Positions 50,801-63,030 of a stretch of DNA of 64,000 bases are shown here, in pieces. Source of the stretch: Bugula neritina (taxonomy: Eukaryota > Animalia > Bryozoa). Every line of letters begins with the position of its first letter. Within the stretch, counting starts at the first letter, position 1. The DNA lies in contig OZ037772.1 of the NCBI GenBank assembly GCA_964035545.1, positions 12,956,818 through 13,020,817 of the forward strand. Reading direction: 5' to 3'. The notes under the pieces are model-generated. The model was not told where the DNA came from. It saw only the letters and a list, made by a program, of their open reading frames with translations, and made no database searches. The translations under genes and the position numbers were made by a program.

Positions 50801-52528
50801 TTCTACTTGTAATATACTCTATACTATTCTACTTGTAATATACTCTATACTATTCTACTTGTAATATACTCTATACTATTCTACTTGTAATATACTCTAT
50901 ACTATTCTACTTGTAATATACTCTATACTATTCTACTTGTAATATACTCTATACTATTCTACTTGTAATATACTCTATACTATTCTACTTGTAATATACT
51001 CTATACTATTCTACTTGTAATATACTCTATACTATTCTACTTGTAATATACTCTATACTATTCTACTTGTAATATACTCTATACTATTCTACTTGTAATA
51101 TACTCTATACTATTCTACTTGTAATATACTCTATACTATTCTACTTGTAATATACTCTATACTATTCTACTTGTAATATACTCTATACTATTCTACTTGT
51201 AATATACTCTATACTATTCTACTTGTAATATACTCTATACTATTCTACTTCTAATATACTCTATACTATTCTACTTGTAATATACTCTATACTATTCTAC
51301 TTGTAATATACTCTATACTATTCTACTTGTAATATACTCTATACTATTCTACTTGTAATATACTCTATACTATTCTACTTGTAATATACTCTATACTATT
51401 CTACTTGTAATATACTCTATACTATTCTACTTGTAATATACTCTATACTATTCTACTTGTAATATACTCTATACTATTCTACTTGTAATATACTCTATAC
51501 TATTCTACTTGTAATATACTCTATACTATTCTACTTGTAATATACTCTATACTATTCTACTTGTAATATACTCTCTACTATTCTACTTGTAATATACTCT
51601 ATACTATTCTACTTGTAATATACTCTATACTATTCTACTTGTAATATACTCTATACTATTCTACTTGTAATATACTCTATACTATTCTACTTGTAATATA
51701 CTCTATACTATTCTACTTGTAATATACTCTATACTATTCTACTTGTAATATACTCTATACTATTCTACTTGTAATATACTCTATACTATTCTACTTGTAA
51801 TATACTCTATACTATTCTACTTGTAATATACTCTATACTATTCTACTTGTAATAGACTCTATACTATTCTACTTGTAATATACTCTATACTATTCTACTT
51901 GTAATATACTCTATACTATTCTACTTGTAATATACTCTATACTATTCTACTTGTAATATACTCTATACTATTCTACTTGTAATATACTCTATACTATTCT
52001 ACTTGTAATATACTCTATACTATTCTACTTGTAATATACTCTATACTATTCTACTTGTAATATACTCTATACTATTCTACTTGTAATATACTCTATACTA
52101 TTCTACTTGTAATAGACTCTATACTATTCTACTTGTAATATACTCTATACTATTCTACTTGTAATATACTCTATACTATTCTACTTGTAATATACTCTCT
52201 ACTATTCTACTGGTAATATACTCTATACTATTCTACTTGTAATATACTCTATACTATTCTACTTGTAATATACTCTATACTATTCTACTTGTAATATACT
52301 CTCTACTATTCTACTGGTAATATACTCTATACTATTCTACTTGTAATATACTCTATACTATTCTACTTGTAATATACTCTATACTATTCTACTTGTAATA
52401 TACTCTATACTATTCTACTTGTAATATACTCTATACTATTCTACTTGTAATATACTCTATACTATTCTACTTGTAATATACTCTATACTATTCTACTTGT
52501 AATATACTCTATACTATTCTACTTGTAA
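47846..52528. repeat. 4.7-kb highly homogeneous 26-bp satellite ATACTATTCTACTTGTAATATACTCT, about 180 copies
   Basis: Visible array with only sporadic single-base variants. Confidence 0.99.
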
Positions 52529-52875
52529 ATACTCTGCTATTGGCAGTAAAACTGGTAACAGTAATTGATCACCTTAACTAAATGAACAACATCTTTGGTT
52601 ATATTATTGTATAAAAAGTTAGTATTCAAATCTTAATTTCATCTAAAAAACAACTAATAAATTAATTTGTTTTAAATTAATTAATCAAAACTGTAAATAT
52701 AAAAATAAAATTTAAGATTTAATTAGAGTCCATATAATTGTTATTCATACAGCACTACTGTGACATATCACTAGGCTGCAATCAGTTCACATCTATGATA
52801 AAAAATGTTTACAATATGTTTTTATGTGGCCGTCTAGAATGTTTTAATGTTTGTGTTAACTTGTTGATGATTGAC

Positions 52876-55800
52876 TCACATCTCATCGTGCTGCATGTGC
52901 TCACTTGTTAACTTGCTGATGATTGGCTTAATGAGTCGCTCTAGTTGTGCCTTGTAATCAATCACTTCCTGTCGCTCAGCTTCCGGGTTGTACTTTATCC
53001 ACACTTCACACTGCAAACATTGACTGAGAAGTGACTCACACTGTAAACATTGACTGAGAAGTGACTCACACTGTAAACATTGACTGAGAAGTGACTCACA
53101 CTGTAAACATTGACTGAGAAGTGACTCACACTGTAAACATTGACTGAGAAGTGACTCACACTGTAAACATTGACTGAGAAGTGACTCACACTGTAAACAT
53201 TGACTGAGAAGTGACTCACACTGCAAACATTGACTGAGAAGTGACTCACACTGTAAACATTAACTGAGAAGTGACTCACACTGCAAACATTGACTGAGAA
53301 GTGACTCACACTGTAAACATTAACTGAGAAGTGACTCACACTGTAAACATTGACTGAGAAGTGACTCACACTGTAAACATTGACTGAGAAGTGAGAGTAA
53401 ATACTGAAAAAGCAAGTAGTGAGAGGGTAAATGGTGTACAATAAGTAGAGAGCCAACAACTCCCAACTGAGAGAATAGCATAGGATACTATAGGAAGACT
53501 AAGAATAACTAACTTTGTTCAATGCTTTGTCAATGGTTTCGCGGTCTTCATCTGATATTTCGTTTCCCAATTTAGTCGTATCGTGAATGGTGTGTCTCAC
53601 TGTGTATATGAATTGCTCCAACTCATTGAAGGCTTCTATCTTCCGCGCCATCTGACCGAACAATAGAATTACTGTACGACATCAAACACTTCATGCAAAA
53701 ATTTCTAGAAGTTGGAGAATCTAATTAAAACTGCCCTGCATAATTTTTTAAAGAAATTATTTATAATTAAATTTTTTTTAATGATTTTGTTTTACTTGAA
53801 TAGCTTTTTGTTAAATAAGATAACTATTTGTAAGCACACCACATCTAAATACTATATAACATTACTCAGTATACTATTAGAAACATATTTTAACGTATAT
53901 ACGAGGGCAATTCGAAAAGTAAACAAAATAATATGATTGCAATGTATGCCTAATTTTCAATATTACGTTGTTTCATGGGCTGTCTTTACACAGTGATCAT
54001 TTCAATAATTATGAGGGAATACCTTTTATTTGAGAGTGTCTTAAACAGAGAGCTGTATTAAAGTTTTTTGTCAAATGAGGGAGTCAGACCAAGTAAAATT
54101 TAGATGGGAATAAAAGCTCAATATTGTGACAGTTGTTTAAACCAACATAGAGTTTTTAAATGGGCTAACGGTTTTAAGAAAAGAACGACCTCTTTAGAGA
54201 ATGCACCTGGACCAGATGGGCCAATAGCAAAAGAGGCAGCTAGACCAGTCAACTTGGAGACTTTAGAAACTTTTGTCAGGGCAGTCAGGAGAGTAACAAT
54301 ATAGAAAATAATTAGTAAGTTAATAAACATCTCCATTGGAACACTGCATTTCATCTAAGTTTAGAAAGAGATTAAGCAGAACAGAATAGGCATGTAATCA
54401 CATAGTGTTGATATACACAAAGACACAGCAAGGCCATAATCTGCCACTCAAACAATTGAGACCATCAACAAACTAGGTTGGGAACTATTAGAGCACCCTG
54501 GTCTTGCACCTTGTAATTACCATTTTTTGGTGCTCTAAGTTTCACACCAAAGCTATTCAGTCACATTAGAGACTCATGACAAGGTCAAAACTATTGCGAG
54601 CGAATTTTCACTGAGTCAATCTACTGTACTTTATGCTGAGGGGGTAAAAAAGATAGTGCAAAGATGAAGAAAATGTGTTTACTTGCCAAGAAATTATGTT
54701 GAAAATAAAAAGAAATTAACTCTCCAACCCGATTACAACTTGACTTATAACAAAATTATCTTTACTTTTCGAACCACCCTCCTATATTGACACTTACCAT
54801 TTTATCTTTTATCCGATATTTCTTGGCATCCTTGATCATGCGCTCAATCTCCTCGTTGGAGTACCTCCTCTCGTTGTTTATAGTGACGCGCTCTTTATTC
54901 CCCGTGCGTTTATCTCTGGCCGTCACCTTCGCAATGAGAAAGGTAAGTCTGAACACTAGACATGCTAATTACCTGCTAGAATATGCTAATAACCTGTTAC
55001 TAAATGCATACACTATACTGTAAGTAGAGTAGATATACTGTAAGTACAGTATATCTACTGTAGGTAGAGTAGATCTACTGCGAGTGGAGTAGATTTACTG
55101 TAAGTAGCATATATGTGCTACAAATAAAGTAGATCTACTGTAAGTACGCACATGGAGTATTCCATTGACGTCAATCTTGAAAGTCACTTCAATCTGTGGA
55201 ACACCTCGAGCTGCAGGAGGGATTCCCGCCAAAACAAATTTCCCAAGAAGGTGATTTTCTTGGGCCACTGGCCGCTCTCCTTCGTACACTTGAATATGGA
55301 CATTATCCTGGTTGTCTTTTGCCGTGCTGTAAACTTTGGTTGTCTCGATTGGAATAATAGAGTAACCTGCAGAGAGAATCAGTAAGTGGAATAGCAGGAC
55401 CAGAAATGTACACAAGTTTCTTAGCTGCTCACCACTGATAGATGAATATGCAATATAAGAAAGAGGAACTTACGAGGTATAATTACATTCATTAAACCCC
55501 CTCCAGTTTCAATACCAAGACTTAGAGAATTCACATCCAGAAGAAGAACTTCGGAAGATTCATCAGCGCCCATAAGTATGCCAGCCTGTACTGCGGCCCC
55601 ATAGGCCACGGCTTCGTCTGGGTTGATGCCTTTGTTGGGAGCTTTATCAGCAAAGAACTCCTAGATTCAAGTATTGATATACACCATAACATAATATTAT
55701 CTTATCTGTGCCTTAATTCCACCTTATTATAGCATGGATGTGAATCATACAGTCTTTATCAGCTGACGTTTACCAGCTGACGTAAAGCAATTAGCACCAG

Positions 55801-58800
55801 ACTAGTGAGTACTTTAACTAAGTGTGTGAACAAGGATCTACAGATACTGCAGTAGCAGAGGATAAGTTTGAAACTTTCTTATGCGTTCTTCCATGAATTG
55901 TTTGCAGGGTCCAGGTGAAAATGCGAAAGTAAAATCAGTGAGAATCAACAGTATGGTATTCAAGATAATTTTACTAATACAATTCTGCTTATTTAAGTGC
56001 AAACATTTTATATTTCAATTATTTGAAGAGGAACAAGCTGGATATACTAATTATATTCAACAGCAAATTGCACAACTCAGAACCAGCTTTAACTTTCATT
56101 AGCAGCATACTTTATCTTGTATGATAAGAAACTATGCATAGCTCAGCTGGAAGGTGCTGGAATACCTTAACTAACTGCTGAACCTTTGGTATTCTAGTGG
56201 ACCCTCCCACTAACACAATCTCATCAACATCTTCCTTTGCTAAACCAGAGTCTTTCAGCACATGTTCCACAGGCTGCATAGTGCTCTTGAAAAGATCCAT
56301 GTTTAGCTCTTCAAATTTGGCTCTTGTTAATGTCTGATAAAAGTCCTAAAATATCAGGAGGCGCAAGTTAAGTAACTTAAAGGACGATATTGTTGGCAAG
56401 GCTGTAACAACCTCACATGATACAAACCGTTGCATTGTAAAAGCTGTCGATATCTAGCTTCGTCTCATGAGCAACTGACAAAACTCTCTTAGCTTTTTCA
56501 ACTTCCCGTCTCAACTTCTGCATGGCTCTGGTGTCTGCACGAATGTCAATGCCAGTTTTACTGCGATGAAGACTGGCAAAGTGATCCATCACTCTCTGGT
56601 TGAAATCTTGTCCTCCCAGATGTGTGTCTCCTGTTGTGGCTATCACTTGAAACACGCCATTGTCAATAATCAGAGTGGAAACGTCAAAGGTTCCCCCTCC
56701 GAGATCAAACACAAAAATAGTTTGTGCTCCCACTTTTTTGTCAAGTCCATATGCAATGGCTGCCGCCGTTGGTTCGTTAATAATTCTCAACACATTGAGC
56801 CCGGCGATGGTTCCAGCATCCTTAGTGGCCTGTCTTTGGGCATCATTGAAGTAGGCAGGTACAGTTATGACAGCATGGGTGATCTGCAAGCAGGTATGGT
56901 AGAACGTGTTTGTTTAATAACACGTAAATTCATTGACAGAGAAAAACAACATGGCAAACAGCAAACATGTGGCTAAAGTAGATCATTTAGAAACCTATTG
57001 CAGTATAACATCTATAAAGAGTATTGCAGCATAACATCTATGAGAAATATTGGTCAGAAGTGGTACAACCTGATTCTAACAACCGGAAGTAGTATTCTTA
57101 CTAGAAAGAAACAAGAGTAGAAGAAAAACAGGAGTAAGACGGAAAAGTGAGTGCAAGTATATAGAGAATACTAGACATATAGAGAGAGTATAAGACATAT
57201 AGAGAGAGTATAAGACATATGAGAGGGTATAAGACATATAGAGAGAGTATAAAACATATAGAGAGAGTATAAGACATATAGAGAGAGTATAAGACATATG
57301 AGAGGGTATAAGACATATAGAGAGAGTATAAGACATATAGAGAGAGTATAAGACATATGAGAGAGTATAAGACATATAGAGAGAGTATAAGACATATAGA
57401 GAGAGTACAAGTATAACTCACTCGGGTATCAAGGTAATCTTCAGCTATTGTTCGCATCCGTGACAAAACCATTGCTGAAATCTCTTCCGGTGCAAACAGT
57501 GTTTCAACACCTTTGACCTTGACCTGAATATATGGTTTATTTTTCTTTTCTTTTACCTACAAAACTCTATTCACTGAAATGTTTATTTTAACTTTAGACA
57601 AACAAAGGAATGCAGCTGAACCTGCACAGTCGTAGGTAGACAGGTAGGTAGACATGTAGACATGTAGACAGGTAGGTAGGTAGGTAGACATGTAGACAGG
57701 TAGGTAGGTAGACATGTAGACAGGTAGGTAGGTAGACATGTAGACAGGTAGGTAGACAGGTAGGGAGATACAGGTAGACAGGTAGGTAGACAGGTAGGGA
57801 GATACAGGTAGACAGGTAGGTAGGTAGGTAGACATGTAGACAGGTAGGTAGGTAGACATGTAGACAGGTAGGTAGGTAGACATGTAGACAGGTAGGTAGA
57901 TACAGGTAGACAGGTAGCTGACGAGCTACTCACTGTGAATGGCCAGTTCTTGATATCCTTCTGCAGAGTCTTGTCATCCCACGACTTCCCTAACATCCTC
58001 TTGACATCAAAAATCGTGTTCTCGGGGTTCGAAGTCAGCTGGTTCATAGCTGCATCACCAATCAATCGGTTTCCATCAGGGGTGAAGGCCACATAGGATG
58101 GGGTTATTCGGTTACCTTGGTCATTGGGAATTATTTCCACCTGTCCATTTTTGTATACGCCAACACTAAAGTTCAAAGTACTCATTATCAGCTGTAGGAA
58201 TGTAACGTGATGCGACCAGACATCAGGTTCCCTAGTTCCAGTTACTGTCATGCATTACGTGGTAATGTATTATTAGCAGAGTGCGTGTCAGGTGGCAGTG
58301 TGTGTTCTTGTGTGTGCTTGCGTGTGTGTGTGCTTGTGTGTGTGTGTGCGTGTGTGTGTGCTTGTGTGTGTGTGCTTGTGTGTGTGTGTTCTTGTGTGTG
58401 CTTGCGTGTGTGCGTGTGTGTGTGCGTGTGTGTGTGCTTGTGTGTGTGTGTGTGTGTGTGTGCTTGTGTGTGTGTGCTTGTGTGTGTGTGCATGTGTGTG
58501 TGCTTGTGTCTGTGTGCTTGTGTGCGTGTGTGCTTGTGTGTGTGTGTGCTTGTGTGCTTGTGTGTGTGCTCGCACACCAGTTTAAAAAGATGTCTACATT
58601 AGGTCTGCTCAAAGGGTGAAAGGGCAAAGTGAAGACAATATGTCAATATGATGTACAGAACATGCACAACTTTACACTGCTATAGAATTTAATTTATTTA
58701 TATTAGATTGGTATGAGAAAGAAATGTATTTGTAACGTTTATCATAATTTATGTGCAAACATGTAACAGAGGTGCAACAATTGTCAATACAGGATGAGTA

Positions 58801-58941
58801 TATATCACTGTAGGCTAGCTATAACACTTACCATGAGTAAGTGGTTCCCAAGTCTATACCAATGACTGTACCAACATTCTCTTCTGCTATCCCCAAGGGA
58901 ACAAGACAGAGAACACCAAAGAAAACCTTCATAGCCATCAT
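52876..58941 (-). CDS. HSPA5: ER-lumenal Hsp70 (BiP/GRP78-like), divergent paralog ending in HDEM, about 638 aa
   Basis: Exons 58941-58832, 58165-57934, 57556-57422, 56883-56428, 56345-56166, 55660-55474, 55366-55152, 54926-54798, 53651-53514, 53010-52876 total 1917 nt in frame. Signal peptide, then [39 protein letters not shown] (BiP-typical), [42 protein letters not shown] and GVPQIEVTF. Confidence 0.92.
53006..53395 (-). repeat. 30-bp acceptor-junction tandem repeat (AGTCACTTCTCAGTCAATGTTTACAG|TGTG), about 13 copies
   Basis: The unit reproduces the acceptor and first bases of the last BiP exon (TTTGCAG|TGTGAAG at 53010). Confidence 0.95.
53902..54782 (+). mobile_element. Degenerate, internally deleted mariner (Tc1/mariner) element in BiP intron 8
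   Basis: TA + CGAGGGCAATTCGAAAAGTAAA ... TTTACTTTTCGAACCACCCTCC + TA. Broken transposase remnants: HTH region ([29 protein letters not shown]), [18 protein letters not shown] (eroded HPPYSPDLAPxDF) and [16 protein letters not shown]...NYVEK. Confidence 0.9.
57170..57408. repeat. 21-bp minisatellite GAGAGTATAAGACATATAGA(G) in a BiP intron
   Basis: Visible array. Confidence 0.93.
57632..57917. repeat. GTAG/GACA compound repeat in a BiP intron
   Basis: Visible array. Confidence 0.93.
58297..58570. repeat. Imperfect (GT)n/GCTT microsatellite in BiP coding intron 1
   Basis: Visible array. Confidence 0.95.
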
Positions 58942-59619
58942 AATGGAGCTGATAGCAGAGCAGCAGCAAATAAAGTTCTACAAGTTATGAGCAATCAACC
59001 TCACAAGTCTGCAATCAATCTGACTACCCATGCACCTTACTGCTTAGTCTAGACTCTATTCCATGAGCAAACATTACTCACCTGTACTAATACATACGTA
59101 TATATCATGTATAAACATTTCTCACCTGTACTAATACTTTGAAGCTGGTAGCAAACCGACCCCAGAAGACTGTCACCTCATAAGCTTGTGACTGCTGTGA
59201 AGCTAAGCCCACATATATAGCAACAGCATAAAACTGGAGTTATTCCAGTCAACAGCTTACCTTATCAGCAGGATTTGTGCAAACGGAGATAACTTGACAT
59301 TTATGAATACTCCCAATACTACATGTATCTAAGTATGGATGTACGTAAGTATGTATGTAAGTATGTATACAGGATGTACGTAAGTAAGTATGTAAGTAAG
59401 TAAGTATGTATACAGGATGTATCTAGGTATGGATGTACATAAGTAAGTATGTAAGTATGTATACAGTATGTATCAAGGTATGGATGTACATAAGTAAGTA
59501 TGTATACAGCATGTATGTAAGTGAAACATAAACAGCATTGATGTTATTATAAACCTTGCAAACAAATTGAATCAAAATATAATTATATTATATATTAGTG
59601 TGGCGAGAAATTAGATTTA

Positions 59620-59858
59620 GCCTAGGGCCACTCGCTTTCAATAGAACGCAATTTGCTGGAATGTAGCACTAAATTAAAGAAATTGGGCTCGCTGAATAGC
59701 TACCAGCCAATTAGGTGACGATGACAGAGACGATTTGCACTTGTCGCTCAGCATTTTCAACGCAAGTGCGAAGGTTTTCTCAACGCGCACAGTGGACACC
59801 TTTGCTACTTGTGATTTCAATTTTCGCATGCGAAAAAACGCACCGTGTGGCCCTAGGC
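59620..59858. mobile_element. PIF/Harbinger-type MITE, 239 bp
   Basis: TTA + GCCTAGGGCCAC ... GTGGCCCTAGGC + TTA: a perfect 12-bp TIR with a 3-bp TTA duplication and a CpG-rich interior. Confidence 0.75.
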
Positions 59859-62800
59859 TTACAGGTAATAGACATTGGGGTTTAAGAGTTACTTCCTCAT
59901 GTACACTTTATACTGTATACTCATCCCACAATTCACTATTACTCTATCCCACAATGCATCGTTACCAAAACATAAGATTACAGTTTGCTGACTACAGGTT
60001 GTGCAGGCAGTGTGTAGTTAGTTCCTAGCATGTGGTTAAGTCTAGATAAACTACACTTACATATGCTGACTATTCATCATACAATCAAATTATCTATTCA
60101 ATAAATGTATTTATACTTTCAAAGATGCATGCTTCACGTGTCTCAGAAGCTGTAAACTCTTAGGAACTTCTCAATGTTTCCTCAGTTTCTCACCGATGTG
60201 CATATTCAATATTTACTACAATGTTACTGAGTTAAGATACAGTGTTAGTGAGTTAACCTAACTGTGGATCATGAAATGTCTATCTAATCAAAGTCATTGT
60301 TTCACACACCAGAGCAAGTACTTTCTATGTGCTCTAAAATTTCAATAAAATACAAGTTATAAACCAACACCAAAAATAATGAGGGTGCTTAAATAATCAA
60401 TACAAATCAGTGAAACCTCAAGCTAACCTGAATACTCCTTTAACTGGACTGATTAGGCAACTCCAACAAGAAATATTGAATGAATGGACTGAAAATGCAG
60501 AAGACAACCTTAATAAATTTTCCTTTACAAAAAATGCTTCTAGGTTGGAATTAGGCGAGTAAAGTTTCATCATCTTAAAAAGATATTTAAAAACTCAGTT
60601 AAAAACCAACTGAATGTAATAACTATTTCTGTAAACCATGACGGAGGGGAGAAGGGGGGACGGAGGTTTTATTGAATGAGGAGCATGTCAAGAGACGATG
60701 TATAACATACTGTGACCACTCTGAGTTTGACATTACTCTGCGAGATTTGAACTCACCCAGCATGTTATATCAGTCACTGACATCTACTCAGTACAAGTCT
60801 TACCAATAATTATTATAAAAATAGATCAGTTTCAGCAAATTTCACTATTAAGTTTTGATATGAGACCACAGAGTCAATCAATGAAATTCACAAATTCAAC
60901 TTTTAATACAACTCTGAGAACTTTAAATAAAAATAAATTCAACAGGGACAAATATATCATTTAAAAATATTTTTAACTTGACCAGGAAAAAACAAAGTGG
61001 AGCAAAAGTTAATAGTTTAAAGCCTAAGATCAATTAAATCATTAAATTTAGTCTCTGATTTTGTGGGTAACCTTCATAAAATTTCTATTACCACTTCAGC
61101 ATAATAAATAATAGTAAAACTAAATACATAAGTATAAATAATGTATTATTATTCCTAGACATAGTTGCTGCCTTGTCAGCCAAATGTAAGTGATTTTTGC
61201 AAATTACTGATTTTTATTTTGTCAACCAGTTCTTGTTTACCATCATAATATGCTTATCATTCAAATAATTACTATGGTTAAAGCAAAACTTCAACTTAAA
61301 GTTAACTACTACATTTGTAAACAACGCAAAAACATCCTTATGTATATTGAGCTACTTAATTATAATGACTGATGATTGAAATAATGAAGATGGAGTTGAT
61401 TTGAAAGAAAATATGCGAATGATAATCAGCTCTTGTCCTATCACTATTGTTGATCTACACTATGACATTGACTATGACTAGACCATCATTAATACGAAAT
61501 ACAGATTTTACTATGAGTTAGAATATTAATATTACCTAGTCATGAAATTGAATCAATGCAATGGCAAAAGCCTACAGTCTATACTAATAGTAATACTCAC
61601 AACGATAATGATAACAATAACCAAATAATACCTAATATAGCTAAGGCCAAGGCTAATAAGTAATAACTAATGAGTAATTAGTAATACTACCTTAATATTA
61701 ACTAGTAAGTGGTAACAATAATTAAAATATCAAATATAAATAGTAAAATACTATATTAATTACTAATATATATTAATACAAAATTACAAGATGAAACTGA
61801 TGACTAATGTCAAACAGCGTTACGCTGCAACCTCAGACCATAGTTTTTGCAACACCGTTTTTATTTAACACACTTGAGGCGCTCCGCTTGAGCTTCTGCA
61901 AAGGATACAGAGGTAATACAGAGGTAATATATAATATATTAATTATTAATAATAATTCTAAATACTAACAGTAAAACTAAATGATAATCTATCTATGCTG
62001 CGAGCAAGGTCTATTTTGTGCGAGAGATCTGAAGCTAAGGTCAGCTATATGCTGCTATACTAACTCATACTGACATTTATCACTAACCAAAGAGGCACTC
62101 CACGTTTGCACCATAACGGTGACATTGAGTGTTCTATCGTCTACAAGGTGAGTTACTGATACGACTAACTACTAAACTAGTACTAGTAGTTATACTAAAA
62201 GTCAAACTTAAAAACTAACATTAACAGCCGGGAAACTAAAATTCACGCGATAGCAAATTAAAATAAACTAAAACTTGAAGTTGAATTCATAATGATGAGA
62301 ATTGTTAATTCTTGTTGATCTTCATCTTGATCTTGTGATGGAGGGTAGTTCAGTTCAGTTTGGGAGAGTTTCCCACTAAGAACCCCTGGAGTTTCCGTGT
62401 ACTAAATAACCATAGGCCTACTCATACTGATACTAAAAGTAAATGCATAAAATATAAGTGTAAGAATAATATTAATTATAAGAATAATAATAATATCAAT
62501 TTCAAATTTACTTATTTTAATTTAGGTCTCAGAGTGAGACTGAGAGTCCGTCTCAGTCTGAAGCAAAATGGAAACTAAAAGTAAAAGTAAATCTACTACG
62601 AGTACGACAACTACTACCTTCAACCGTTGAGTAAAATTCACAGCCTTGTAGTAAATCATTGGTAATCGGCATTGCTGAACTAGCTTTTACCCAAACTTTT
62701 AACATCCTTGAAGTTTCACACGTCCGTTGCCGCGGAAAGCTAAAGCCACAGCAACAGCTGCTTGAGTTTTAGCCACATGAGCCTTAACCTTGAACTTAAT

Positions 62801-62939
62801 AAGCGGAAGTTCTTTAGGCCACGTTTGTTTACAGCGTAGAATTAGCCAATAATAATTAGACAAATAGGCTTGATCAGCCAATCAGTTACTTACAAGTTGT
62901 CGACCGGTATTACTATTGTAAATCTTCTTTCTCGCTACT

Positions 62940-63030
62940 CATTCATTGATTAGAAAGTTGGTTATTGTCACGAATCACCATTTTGTTCTACAGAAACGAT
63001 CGACTATTTTTCTTCGTCGTCGTGATACCT
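62940..63030 (+). other. Possible first (non-coding) exon of a downstream gene
   Basis: CpG-enriched patch with a CCAAT box near 62878 and a consensus donor CTG|GTAAGT at 63030/63031; no CDS seen in the window. Confidence 0.35.

Noticed and set aside
47846-52528. CRISPR-like regular repeat
   Set aside because: Head-to-tail units with no unique spacers and no cas genes, in a eukaryotic context. The same applies to all other arrays here.
57076-58627. ORFs made of SYTLS, STYLPVY, CV and HT repeats
   Set aside because: Simple-repeat translations within BiP introns.
60725-60800. tRNA-like B-box (minus strand GAGTTCAAATCTC)
   Set aside because: No convincing A-box or cloverleaf; at most a decayed tRNA-derived SINE fragment.
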